NCBI GenBank assembly: GCA_963823035.1
Contig: CAWGKG010000010.1
Location: 224,001-288,000 of the forward strand
DNA length: 64,000 bases
Source: an uncultured Gemmatimonadales bacterium
GTDB taxonomy: Bacteria > Gemmatimonadota > Gemmatimonadetes > Longimicrobiales > Gaopeijiaceae
Direction of reading: 5' to 3'
Of the stretch, positions 30,531 through 41,039 are shown piece after piece. How positions within the stretch are numbered: position 1 is the first letter of the stretch; every line of letters starts with the position of its first letter. A program made the translations under genes and the position numbers. The notes below the pieces were generated by a model. The model worked only from the letters and a program-made list of their open reading frames with translations. It did not search any database and was not told the DNA's origin.

Positions 30531-31679
30531 GTGTCCCTGACCGAACGCATCGATCACGCCTGCCGGGAGTGCGCCGGCGCGGCCGTGATCCTCTCCGCCA
30601 ACCCGATGCACGACACGGGCGGCGGGCAGCGCGGCGCGCAGCTCGCCCTGGAGCTGCTCGAGCGCGGGTGGTGCGTGGTGTTCGTCGCCCACGGAGAGGT
30701 CACCGAGACCGTCGACCTGGGGTTGCGCTTCGACCATCCCAGGCTGGTGGAGCTGCCGCTCGCGACCGCGGGCTCCCGGGAGGGTCGGAAGGCCCTGCGC
30801 GGCCTCGACGCCGCGCCTCGTCGCCTCGTGGTGACGCAGGTGCCGGTCTCCGGGTGGCTGCGCGTGCTCGGCGACCTGGAGGACCAGGGCGCCGTGGTCG
30901 TCTACGACCTCGTCGACCGGTGGGACTCGGAGCTGGGCCGGGGTTGGTACCGCGCCCGCACCGAGCGGAAGATCGCTGCTTCGGCGGACGTCCTGGTGGC
31001 GTCGGCGCCCTCGCTCGTGCGTGACCTGGAGGCGGCGACCGGCCGCCGTGTGCACCTCCTTCCGAACGCCTTCAACGCCGGCGTCTTCGACCCGGACACG
31101 TCGTATCCCCGGCCGCCCCGGCTTCCCGAAGCGGGGCGCGTGGCGCTCTACGTCGGCGCGCTCTGGGGCGGGTGGATGGACTGGGCGCTGGTGCGCCGCC
31201 TGGCGTCCGAGCTCTCCGACACGCGCTTCGTCTTCGTCGGCGACCACCGTGGCGAGGGAGCGGACCTGCCGGCGCGCTGCGTCTTCACGGGGCTGGAGCC
31301 GCAGACGGCGCTCCCGGCCTACCTGGCCCACGCGGACGTGGCCTTCCTTCCGTGGGTGGCGGGGCCGGTCACGCAGGCGACGAGCCCGCTGAAGGTCTAC
31401 GAGTTCCTGGCGATGGGGCTGCCCGTGGTGTCGCCGGACATCGAGCCGGTCCGTGGGCTGCCCGGTGTGACCGTCGCGGCGGGCGCGGACGACTTCGTGC
31501 GGGCGCTGGCCGCGACGGGGCGTGCGAACCTCGCGCCGGAAGTCCGCCGGGCGATGCGCGCGCATGCGGTGGACAGCTCGTGGTCGGCGCGCGTGGATCG
31601 GCTCCTCGCCCTCGTCGCGGAGCACCGCGCGCCGGCGGACGTCAGCGCGGCGTCCAGCGAGCCGAGAGGGAGACATTGA
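30531..31679 (+). CDS. Glycosyltransferase (GT-B fold, GT4-like)
   Basis: VVYDLVDRW, LLPNA, SPLKVYEFLAMGLPVVS; 3' end overlaps the convergent wzi-like gene by 38 nt. Confidence 0.85.
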   Translation: MSLTERIDHACRECAGAAVILSANPMHDTGGGQRGAQLALELLERGWCVVFVAHGEVTETVDLGLRFDHPRLVELPLATAGSREGRKALRGLDAAPRRLVVTQVPVSGWLRVLGDLEDQGAVVVYDLVDRWDSELGRGWYRARTERKIAASADVLVASAPSLVRDLEAATGRRVHLLPNAFNAGVFDPDTSYPRPPRLPEAGRVALYVGALWGGWMDWALVRRLASELSDTRFVFVGDHRGEGADLPARCVFTGLEPQTALPAYLAHADVAFLPWVAGPVTQATSPLKVYEFLAMGLPVVSPDIEPVRGLPGVTVAAGADDFVRALAATGRANLAPEVRRAMRAHAVDSSWSARVDRLLALVAEHRAPADVSAASSEPRGRH

Positions 31680-33279
31680 GGTTCCAGAGGTCGTTGCGGT
31701 TCACGAAGTAGCGGTTCAGCTCCCGCGACAGCACCCCGCCCACGCCCACCTCGACGTCGTCCACGAAGACGAGCGCGCCCCCACCGACGTCCAGCGACAC
31801 GTCGTGGCAGCAGAAGCCCGCGTCGTTCTGCGCCGCCCACACCCAGTAGGCGTCGTTGTCGTGGACGCGTCGCTCCACGAACAGCTCGGCGCGACCCCAC
31901 GGCGCGTAGAGCCTGGCGTCCAGGTGCTGCCCGTTTCCGCCCGGCCCGAGCGAGGCACCCAGCACCTGCCCGCGCTGCGTGTAGCCGGGAGGCACGGCCC
32001 AATCCGTGTAGTAGGTCGGCTCCGCCCGTCCCTGGAAGGTCGGCGCGCGCTCCAGGTGCGTGACCTCGCCGTTGAGCGCCAGGAGGCGGTTCGCCGAGAG
32101 GGGGATCACCTTCTGGAAGCCCAGCGTGTACGCCTGCGAGTGCTCGGGCTCGAGGAAGACGTCCCTCAGGTCCCACGCGTGGTCGTTGCGCGCCCACTCG
32201 AAGTAGGCCTCGAAGCCGTTGCCCGCGCTGACCCAGCGCATGAAGAGGGAGAGGAGCTGGTCGCGCCGGTCGTCGCCCGTGGGGTTCTCTTCCGTGGCCA
32301 GCCCGCTCTTCGTGCCGCGCTGGAAGATGAGCAGGTACTCGCCGGCGTCGAGGCCGGAGGAAGGCACCATCTCGACGAAGACGCGGGACGCGCCGAGCGA
32401 CAGCCCGTCGAGTCCGCGCGGCGTGAGCGAGACGACGGCGCCCGTGATGAAGCGGCCGTGGAGGGTGTCGGGCGCCGGCGCGTCGAACCACTCCGAGCTC
32501 TGCAGCCTCCCCCAGATCCACTGCGCTTCCAGCGTTCCGAAGCCGACGTCGACGGGTCGGGAGGTGCCCAGGGAGCCGTGCGGGAAGCCCGGCGCGTTGT
32601 CGCTCATGATGATCGCGTTCCGGATGCCCGGCCCCCACCAGAGGCTCTCCGTCCCGAAGCCCACCGTCGCTCCCCGCCAGGTGAGGCGCGCGGACGACTC
32701 CCCCGGATCCAGGACGGCCACGCGCTCCGGACCGAACCGCTGCGGGAGGTCGATCGAGCGCCACGGATAGGCGTATTCGCTCGCGCCGGCCCGGGTGACC
32801 GGGGCGAGCGGGAAGTCGGCGTTCTGGGCGTAGAACACCAACGGATGCGCCGTCACGGTGAGCGGACCCCACCTCGCCGACACGCCGGCGTCCAGCGCGG
32901 CGGTGACGCCTTTCCCCTGCCAGACGGCGCCGTCGTTGGCTCCGAAGGGACGGCTCGTGTTCGCGAAGAGGCGGACGCGCGCCTCCGCGCGCAGGAGCGT
33001 CGGGCCCGGAGCGCCCGGCGGAGCGGCGAAGAGGCCCGGTCGCCCCTCCCACGGGTGGTCGAGGGAGTCGGTCGGTTCGACCCGGAAGAGGAAGGGGCGT
33101 ACGTTGAACGACCCCGGATCGACGCGCCCGACGAGCTGGAGCACGCGCAGGTAGTCCTCCAGCGGGTCGCCGACGGTCACGCTCTGGGCGGTCGCGGGGC
33201 GGGGCGTGAGGACGGCGAGGGCCGCGAGGACGAAGGCCTTCAGCGGGCGGACGGCGAGGCACTTCCGGACAACGGACAT
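31642..33279 (-). CDS. Capsule assembly Wzi-family outer-membrane protein
   Basis: ATG 33279 with signal peptide; NDGAVWQGKG, IDLPQRFG, ESLWWGPGIRNAIIMSDNAPGFPH; C-terminal LNVSLSARW. Confidence 0.8.
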   Translation of the reverse strand: MSVVRKCLAVRPLKAFVLAALAVLTPRPATAQSVTVGDPLEDYLRVLQLVGRVDPGSFNVRPFLFRVEPTDSLDHPWEGRPGLFAAPPGAPGPTLLRAEARVRLFANTSRPFGANDGAVWQGKGVTAALDAGVSARWGPLTVTAHPLVFYAQNADFPLAPVTRAGASEYAYPWRSIDLPQRFGPERVAVLDPGESSARLTWRGATVGFGTESLWWGPGIRNAIIMSDNAPGFPHGSLGTSRPVDVGFGTLEAQWIWGRLQSSEWFDAPAPDTLHGRFITGAVVSLTPRGLDGLSLGASRVFVEMVPSSGLDAGEYLLIFQRGTKSGLATEENPTGDDRRDQLLSLFMRWVSAGNGFEAYFEWARNDHAWDLRDVFLEPEHSQAYTLGFQKVIPLSANRLLALNGEVTHLERAPTFQGRAEPTYYTDWAVPPGYTQRGQVLGASLGPGGNGQHLDARLYAPWGRAELFVERRVHDNDAYWVWAAQNDAGFCCHDVSLDVGGGALVFVDDVEVGVGGVLSRELNRYFVNRNDLWNLNVSLSARWTPR

Positions 33280-33375
33280 GTCCGCGGGAACATGTGTGTA
33301 CGGTCGGTCGTAGGCAACGTCACGGGCGGCGCCACCCGCAGGCGGCCAGCCCCCAACCGGTTCCGCGACAAAGGG

Positions 33376-35409
33376 ATGCCTGCCCGTCCACCGTCCTTCG
33401 GCGACCACGTCTCGGTCGTGATGCCCGCGTATGAGCACGAGCGCTACGTGGTCGCCGCCCTCGACAGCGTTCGGACCCAATCCTTCACGCCCGCCGAGGT
33501 CGTCGTGGTGGACGACGGCTCCACGGACCGCACCCCCGACCTGCTCGAGGCCCAGCGAGCCGAGGGGTGGCTCGTGGTGCGCCAGGAGAACCGCGGCGCC
33601 CACGCCGCGCTGAACCGTGCGATCGAGTTGAGCCGGGGCGACTGGATCGCGATCCTCGACTCCGACGACCTGTTCGACGAAGGGCGCATCGAGGAGGCGC
33701 TGGGCGTGGCGCGCGCCACCGCGGCGGCGCTGGTGATCGGGGCGGTCGAGCTCGTCGACGAGGTGGGTGCGATCGTCCCGGAGACGCATCCGACCGCGCG
33801 TTGGTACGCCGAGGCGCGGGCGGACCAGGCGCGTGCGCGCTCCCTGCGCGACGGCCTGCGGCGCCACAACGTGGCCGTGACCACGTCGAACTTCTTCCTG
33901 CACCGCTCCCTCTGGCGCGCGCTGGGCGGCTTCCGCCCCTACCGCTACGTGCACGACTACGACTTCCTCCTGCGTGCGGTGGACCTCGTGCCCGACCGTG
34001 TGGTGTTCGAGCCCGGGTTGGGTGGCGTGCGCTACAGGGTGCACGGGTCCAACACGATCACGGAGGACGTGGGCGCGGCCCTGGCGGAGCGGAAGGCGCT
34101 CCTGCGCGCGCGGTCGGGCCCGCTGGCCCGCGCGGCCGGAGTGCTGGGTGGGAGCGGAAAGGCGCGCCGCGTTCGTGACGCCGTGGATACCACGCCGCCC
34201 GCGCTCCCGGCGCCGGCGCCCACCCACGGCGGCCCGCCACGCGTGGCGACCCTCCGCTGCGGCATCGTGGTGCGCGACCTCGACGCCGGTGGTCTCGAGG
34301 AGGTCGTGGCCCTCCTGGCGCGCACGCTTCCGGAGCAGGGGGTGGACCCCCACGTCCTGTGCACCTCCGGCGGCGGGGCGGTGGCCACCCGCCTGCGCCG
34401 GGCCGGTGTGCCCGTCGAGGTCGCCGGAGGGAGGCCGGACGCATGGCGTCGCTGGCTGGACGCGGTCCGGCCGGACGTCATCTCCTCCCACTTCGGCGAT
34501 CCGGACGCCTTCGCCGCGCTCTCGGGGCGGGGCGTGCCCATGGTGGAGGTCGTCCACAACGTCTACGCGTGGCTGTCGCCGGAGGCGTGGGCGCGCGAAC
34601 GGGAGAAGGCCGCTTCGGCGGGGGCGGTGGTGGCCGTCAGCGACACGGTCGCCCGCCACTGGGCCGGACGCTGCGGCGTGGAGCCGGGGCTCGTGCGCGT
34701 GGTGCCGAACGCCGTGCATCCCGGGCGCGCGTGCGGGCCACCGAGGGCGGTGGCGCGGAGCATGCGCGGCTTCGCCCCCGACGACGTCGTCTTCGTCGGC
34801 CTGGGGCGCTACGGCCTGCAGAAGAACCAGGCGGGGCTCCTCGATGCGTTCGCCGAGGTCGCTGCCGCGGAGCCCCGTGCCCGTCTCGTCCTCGCCGGGG
34901 ATGCGCCGGACCCGGCGTACCTCGACGCGCTCCGCCGGGACCACGCAGCCCTGCTCGCCGCGGGGCGCGCCCGCCTCGATCCGGCGATCTGCTGCCCCGG
35001 GCCGCTGCTCGCGGCCGGGGACGTGTACGTGTCCGCCTCGCTCTTCGAGGGTTGGAGCCTCGCGGCCTCGGAGGCGATGTGGGTCGGCCTCCCCCTCCTG
35101 CTCACCGACTGCGGAGGCGCGCGGGAGCTGGTCGGTGCCGCCGGGGAGCGCGGACGCGTCGTTCCCAACCCCGCCGGGTCTCCGGAGCCGATGGACACGG
35201 ACGAGATGCGGTCCATCGCACCCGGCACGGTGGAAGAGAGCCGGCGTGCGCTCGTCGACGCGATGCTGGCGTTCGTGCGGGAGCGGGAGGCGTGGGGGTC
35301 GCGACGCGGAGAGATCCGCCGCGCCGCCCGACGTCTGCTGGCTCCGGCACGGATGGCGGCGGGACACGCCGAGGTGCTGCGCGCCGTGGCCGGGTCGCGG
35401 GAGAACGCA
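33376..35409 (+). CDS. GT2 + GT4 bifunctional glycosyltransferase region (no stop before the downstream Omp85-like region)
   Basis: GT2: VSVVMPAY, VVVDDGSTD, ENRGAHAALN, ILDSDD, HDYDFLLR; GT4: GGLEEVV, QKNQ, SLFEGWSLAASEAM, TDCGG. Confidence 0.85.
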
Positions 35410-37193
35410 GTGGCCGCGCTGCGCCGGCGGGGAGCCGCGCTCGCGCTCTGCCTGGGGATGGCGCTGGCGCTCCCGGCGGCGCTCGCGGCACGGCAGGCGG
35501 GGTCGACCTCCGGCGCCGGGGACGGCGCGGAGGACCGCACGTGCTCGGAGGGCCGCATCGACGACATCGCCATCCACAACGCGTCGGTGTTCGACACCGG
35601 CGCCACGGACCACGCGCTGCTCAGGTGGGCGTACGGCACGGCGAACCTCCTGCACGTGCGCACGCGCCGCTCGTTCATCCGGCGCGAGCTGCTCTTCGAG
35701 GAGGGTGACTGCCTCGATCCCTTCCTCCTCTCCGAGTCGCAACGGCTGCTGGACGGGTACGGCTTCCTGACCGGCGCGAGGGTCTGGGCCGAGCCCACGG
35801 GTGACGACGGCGGGCAGCGCGTGGTCGTCGAGACGCGCGACGAATGGTCCACACGGCTCGACGTGGGCGCGGGCTACACGCAGGGGCTGAACCTCGAGAA
35901 GCTGCAGGTCAAGGAGAAGAACTTCGTGGGGCAGGGGATCCTCGCGGAGTTCACGCGGCGGGAGTTCCGCTCCGAGAAGACGCAGTCGTTCGGCCTGTCC
36001 ACGCCCCGCCTGTTCGGGCGGACGGACGCGGGGGCGTGGTGGGGAAGCGAGCGCGCCGGCCGCTTCTTCACGGAGCGCGTGAGCTACCCCTTCGTCGCCC
36101 GGACCGGCCGGGTCGCGCTCCTCGAGTCGTTCACGCGCGGCACCTCGTTCTTCCCCTACGCGGCGGGGGAGGGCGAGGGGATCTCCAACGCGCTCGCCCC
36201 GGTGTTGCGGGAACGGCTCCAGCTCGCCGCGGCCGGCCGCTTCGGCCGCCCGGAGAACGCGCTCGTGGCCGGGGTGAGCCTCACGCGTGACGTGGTGCGC
36301 TATCCGGGGCCGATCGAGCTCGTCCACGGCGGGGACTTCGACCGGCGCACGGTGTCCGAGGAGGCGCCACCGGAGGACGTCGCCCGGCAGCTCAGGCCGT
36401 TCACGGAGACGCGCATGAGCGTGCACCTGGGGCTGCGCCACTACCGCAACCGGGAGTACGTCGGGCTGGACGCGGTCCGGGACCGGCAGACGATCGGCGT
36501 GGGCTACTGGACGGGCGTGAGCCTCGGCCGCGCCATTCCCCTCGCGGCCGACGGCGTGGACGACGTGTTCGCCCGCATGCACTCGAGCATGGGCGTGCCG
36601 CTCGGCTCCTCCCTCCTGCACGGCGGCACCACCGTGGAGGCACGGCACGCCGGCGCCGGGTGGCACGACGTGCTCGCCGAAGCGGACCTGGTGGCCTACC
36701 TGCGCAACGACGCGCTTCCCGGGCACACCCTCCTGCTGCGCGCGTCCGGGGCGGGCGGCTGGCGCACCACGCTGCCCTACCAGCTCACGCTCGGGGGGCG
36801 CGACGGCGTGCGCTCGCTCTACGAGGACGCGTACCCCGGCGGGCGCCAGCTCCGCTTCGTGGTGGAGGACCGCATCGCGCTCCCCTGGCCACGCTGGGAC
36901 GCGGTGGACCTGGGCGTCACGCTCTTCGGCGATGCCGGGCGCATATGGCGGGGCGACGTGCCGTACGGCGCGGACTCACCCTGGCTCGGTGCGGCCGGCT
37001 TCGGCCTCCGCGTCGGCTTCCCGTCCGGGACGCGCAGCGTCCTGCGGCCCGAGATCGTCTTCCCGGTCGGGCCCGATCAGCGCGGTCGTGGGTCTTCCGC
37101 ATCACCTACGAGTTCAACCGCATGCGCGACGGGTACTTCACCCCCGAGCTGGCGCGCAGCCGCAGGTTCGACCTGGGTCCGGAGCGGTTCTGA
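35410..37193 (+). CDS. Omp85/BamA-TamA-like outer-membrane protein (POTRA + barrel); in frame with the upstream GT; frameshift near 37085
   Basis: Signal-like segment RRRGAALALCLGMALALPAALA; HVRTRRSFIRRELLFEEGD, ESQRLL, VVETRDEWS, EKNFVGQG, LGGRDGVRS, LFGDAGRIW, GFGLRVG. Confidence 0.75.
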
Positions 37194-37251
37194 GACAGGG
37201 CGCGTAAGGTCGCAGCCGACCCATCCGCGACCCGCTCGACTTCCGCAGGGC

Positions 37252-38440
37252 TCACGCGAGGGAAAGGAGCGCTTCGACGAGGAGCACGTCGTCCAGGTGG
37301 GGAGCGCTCCCCTCCGTCACCAGCGGGGTGTCCACCACGCGCACGCCCGTCTTCTCGATCGCCTTCACGTGCGCGGCGCTCACGCCCGTGGTCGAATCCA
37401 GCAGCACGAACTGGAGGAGCGCGTCCACACCGACGCGCCGGGCAGGCACCCTCGCGCAGATAGCGGACGAGCGTGCGGACCTTCTCCGGCAAGGTGAGGC
37501 CGATCTCCTCGGGGTCGTGCCCCGGGTTGGGGACGTACACCTTGGGCACGTCCACCTCGGCGATCGTGTCGGCCACGCCCTCGGGAAGCAGCGTCGCGAT
37601 CACGCTCGTGTAGAAGCTCCCGATCGGATAGCAGATCAGGTCGGCCGCGCGAATCAGGGAGACGACGGCGTCGGGCACCCGCGGCCGGTAGGGGCGGGGG
37701 CTCCTCAGCGACCGGGCGAGGAAGAGGCGCTCGATGCGGCTGTCCAACGGGGGCGAGCCGTTCCCGGTGAGCCGGTGCTGTCCGAGGACCGTGCGCCCGC
37801 TCGCCAGCCTTCCCACCAGGTGGAGGTCCTCCTCGACCACGGGCCGCACGACGCCGCGTACCTCCACGAGCTGGGAGAAGAGGAAGAGCACCGAATCGAG
37901 CTGGCGGCCCTGATTCAGGTAGCCTCCCGCCAGTACGAGGTTGCCGATGTTCGCGCCGCGCAGGTCGAAGTCGTCCGGCATCGACTCCTCGAAGAAGCCG
38001 AGGTGGTTGCGCACGAGCGCCCGGAGCGGTTCGGTGACCTCGGCGATCCGAGGGTCTTGGCCGCGCACCATCCTGCGGAGCGCCGCGCGCAGCACGGCGG
38101 GGCGGGCCTCCTGCGGGAAGCGGAAGGCGAAGAGCGAGTATATCTCCGGGTGCCCGAGCACCGAGCGGTCGGCGAGCGCCATGAGCCGGTTGCGCAGGTC
38201 GCCCACCGCCGGCATGCGGAAGGCCTTCCGGAGGACCGCGGAGCTTCCGCCCGAGTCGAACGCGGTGATCACGTGTGCGGAGTTGTGCGTGTACTCGATC
38301 AAGTGGTGGCTGAGGCCACGCAGCGCGGTTCCGCCCGAGAAGAAGAGGGGCCGAACGCCCACCTCCGGCGCGTGGCGAAAGCGTGCCAGACGCACCGGAT
38401 CGGGGATGGGAACGGAGCGGGTGACGCGGACCGGCCGCAT
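37252..38440 (-). CDS. CofD/YvcK-like protein of the GAK-system type; frameshift near 37440
   Basis: PIPDPVRLARFRHAPE, LFFSGGTAL, YTHNS, FDSGGSSAVLR, GDLRNRLMALAD, FDLRGANIGNL, ADLICYPIGSFYTS, PKVYVPN. Confidence 0.8.
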
Positions 38441-38620
38441 CGGGCGCTCGACCTGATCGGGGGTCACGTCGTCGGGATCGACCATCGTCGGCGCGGGGTG
38501 CATTCGGGAGAAGGGTGAAGGTTGGGCACCGCACCATGATACGGGCGTCGGGCGCCGATTGCCCGGCCGGGCCGTTCAGACGGCCTGGCGCCACGACTTC
38601 GTCTCCGGGAGATTTCGACG

Positions 38621-39916
38621 ATGCTCGGAGCGCTCGTACTCATCGCCGTCAGCGCGTGTCTCGTCGCCGTTTCCACCGCGGGGATGCTCCGCGGCATCGA
38701 GCCCTTCGCGACGTGGTACTATCCGCTCGCGTGGTACCCGCTCCTCTTCGCGGCGGACGCGGTCGTGCGCCTGCGCACCGGGCGTTGGTCGCTCTGGAGC
38801 CGTCCGCGGACGGTGCTCGCGGCGCTCGCGTGGTCCGTCCCGTTCTGGCTCTTCTTCGAGCTGGTCAACTTCCGGGTGGCGAACTGGTACTACGTGTTCG
38901 TGCCGCGGGGCGTGGCCACGCGCTGGACCGGCGTCACGCTCTCGTTCGCGACCGTGCTCCCCGCAATCCTCCTGGCCCGCGAGGTGCTGCGCGCCTTCGG
39001 CGTCGCCGACGGAGTGCGTTGGCGCCCGGTGCGCCTGCGCGCGCGCCCGGCGGCGATCCAGGCGGCGGGCCTGCTCTTCTTCGCCCTCGCCTTCGCCTGG
39101 CCGCGGCTCTTCTTCCCCCTCGTCTGGGGCGGCGTGACCCTCCTGGTCGACCCATGGGTGTACCGGCGCGCTCCCGACCGCTCGATCCTCGGCATGCTCG
39201 AGCGCGGCCGGCCGGGGACGCTCCTCCAACTCCTCCTCGGTGGACTGGCGATCGGCCTCCTCTGGGAGCTGCTGAACGCCCGCGCCCGCGGGCACTGGAT
39301 CTACACGGTTCCCGGCCTGGAGGAGGTGAAGCTCTTCGAGATGCCGGTGGCCGGCTTCCTCGGATTCCCCGTGCTGGCGCTCGACGGGTGGGCGACGTGG
39401 AACGCCCTCGTGCTCCTTGGTCTCGCGCCGGACGTGGGGCGGGCCGCGGGTCCGGGGAGGGCGCGCGCCCGCCTGCGCCGGGTGGTCACCGCGGCCGCCG
39501 TCGCCGTCCCGGTGTGTCTCGTCGTCCTCTCGGGGATGGATCGATGGACGGTCACGTCCGTGACGCCCGACCTGGCGGCCATCGCCGCGGAGGGGGCACC
39601 GCCGCTCGAGCGCTCGGGGATGGACGTCTTCGCCTTGGCCACCGCGCGGCCGGGGATCGTCGCCGCTCTCTCGTCCACGGAGCCGGAGGTGGCCGTCGAC
39701 TGGATCCGTCGAGCCCGTCTCGTCGCGCTGAGGGGGATCGGCGTGGAGAACGCGCGTTTCCTGGAGGAGGTCGGCGTCGCGTCGGTCGAGGGGCTGGCCG
39801 GCGCGGATGCGGCCGCCCTCACGGCCGAGCTGCGCCGGGCCGGCGCGCCCAGCGTCAGGGAGCCACGCGTCCGGGTATGGATTCGCGGCGCGCGCGAGGC
39901 GCTCCCGGATCGCTAG
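38621..39916 (+). CDS. Multi-pass membrane protein with C-terminal helix-hairpin-helix (DUF4332-like) domain
   Basis: Many hydrophobic segments; FELVNFRVANWYY, LWELLN, KLFEMPVAGFLGF; C-terminal LVALRGIG...FLEEVGVASVEGLA. Confidence 0.7.
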   Translation: MLGALVLIAVSACLVAVSTAGMLRGIEPFATWYYPLAWYPLLFAADAVVRLRTGRWSLWSRPRTVLAALAWSVPFWLFFELVNFRVANWYYVFVPRGVATRWTGVTLSFATVLPAILLAREVLRAFGVADGVRWRPVRLRARPAAIQAAGLLFFALAFAWPRLFFPLVWGGVTLLVDPWVYRRAPDRSILGMLERGRPGTLLQLLLGGLAIGLLWELLNARARGHWIYTVPGLEEVKLFEMPVAGFLGFPVLALDGWATWNALVLLGLAPDVGRAAGPGRARARLRRVVTAAAVAVPVCLVVLSGMDRWTVTSVTPDLAAIAAEGAPPLERSGMDVFALATARPGIVAALSSTEPEVAVDWIRRARLVALRGIGVENARFLEEVGVASVEGLAGADAAALTAELRRAGAPSVREPRVRVWIRGAREALPDR

Positions 39917-39940
39917 GGACAGGTCCCTGGCAGGCGCGGC

Positions 39941-40921
39941 CTATTCCTGGTGGCGGAGGGCGGTCACGAGCTGTCGATCGACGTCCAGGTCGTCGACGTG
40001 CGCATCGACGAAGCCCGCAGCCTCCAGCCAGCCGACCACTTCGTCTTCGGCGTAGGTGTCGCCCTCCTCGGTGTGCAGGAGCATCTGCACCGCGAAGCGC
40101 GCCGCGCGCCCGCTTCGGCCGCGCACGAACTCCGCAACCGCCACCACGCCGCCCGGCGCTGTGACCTCGGCCACCTTCGCCGCCAGCGCCATGTTCCGCT
40201 CGGGGGCGTAGATGTGGAGGATGTTGGAGAGGAGCACGACGTCGAACGGGCCTCGCGGGAGGGGGTCGGCGTTGAAGTCGGCGGCGACCATCTCGATCCG
40301 GTCGGCCGCACCGAGGCCGTAGGCGTCCTCGACGTGCTGTACCACGTCCTCCGTGTCCACGATCGTCGCGGCCAGCCCGCGCGCCACGAAGCCGCGGCTC
40401 AAGTGGCCCGGCCCGCCCCCCAGGTCCAGCACCGTGGCGGCACCCGGACGGCGCTCGAGGCAGAGGTCCACGATGCGCTTCGTACGCGCGTCCGGCGCCG
40501 CGGCCATCGCCGACATGAAGCGGGCGACGCGCGGCTCGTCGCGCCGCGCCGGCCGCTCCTCCAGGGGGCCGCCGCGGTGCAGGACCTCGTCCAGATGCGT
40601 CCAGGCCCGCATGCTCCTGAGCCAGTGCGACAGCGAGCCCGCCGCGTAGCCCGGGCTCCCGGAGTCGCAGAGCTCCGCCCGCGAGCGCGCCGTCGGGCGG
40701 TAGGCGCCGTCGTCCACGGTCAGGAAGCCCAACTCCACGAGCGCCTCACAGGCGATGTGGGTGGCGCGTCCGTCCAGGCTCAGCCGCTCGGCCAGCGCGC
40801 CCGCGTCCGCGGGCTCCGCGCAGAGCGAGCGGAACAGCCCGACCTCGTGCGCGGCGGCGATGAGCAGCGTGGCCTCGGTCTGATCTCGCAGCTCGGCCAA
40901 CGTCCGGCCGTGCAGGTCCAT
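39941..40921 (-). CDS. SAM-dependent O-methyltransferase (family 2, N-terminal dimerisation domain)
   Basis: ATG 40921; AAHEVGLF, VLDLGGGPG, ADF, DVVLLSNILH, PGGVV. Confidence 0.85.
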   Translation of the reverse strand: MDLHGRTLAELRDQTEATLLIAAAHEVGLFRSLCAEPADAGALAERLSLDGRATHIACEALVELGFLTVDDGAYRPTARSRAELCDSGSPGYAAGSLSHWLRSMRAWTHLDEVLHRGGPLEERPARRDEPRVARFMSAMAAAPDARTKRIVDLCLERRPGAATVLDLGGGPGHLSRGFVARGLAATIVDTEDVVQHVEDAYGLGAADRIEMVAADFNADPLPRGPFDVVLLSNILHIYAPERNMALAAKVAEVTAPGGVVAVAEFVRGRSGRAARFAVQMLLHTEEGDTYAEDEVVGWLEAAGFVDAHVDDLDVDRQLVTALRHQE

Positions 40922-41039
40922 GGTGCCTCCCCCTTCCAGTCGCGCATCCGATGTCGTCGTGCCCGCGGGCGGACCACTATATTCGTCGCGGCCGCTCCGC
41001 CGGGATACCCCGACCCTCTCCGCCTCCAGCCGTTCGCCC

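Noticed and set aside
31522..33375. N-terminal 618 aa of the 1991-aa plus-strand ORF
   Set aside because: Antisense shadow of the wzi-like gene; recognisable GT2 sequence only begins at ATG 33376
33280..36726. Upstream part of the 1694-aa minus-strand ORF
   Set aside because: Antisense to the GT/Omp85 genes; long stop-free shadow frames are expected at this GC content
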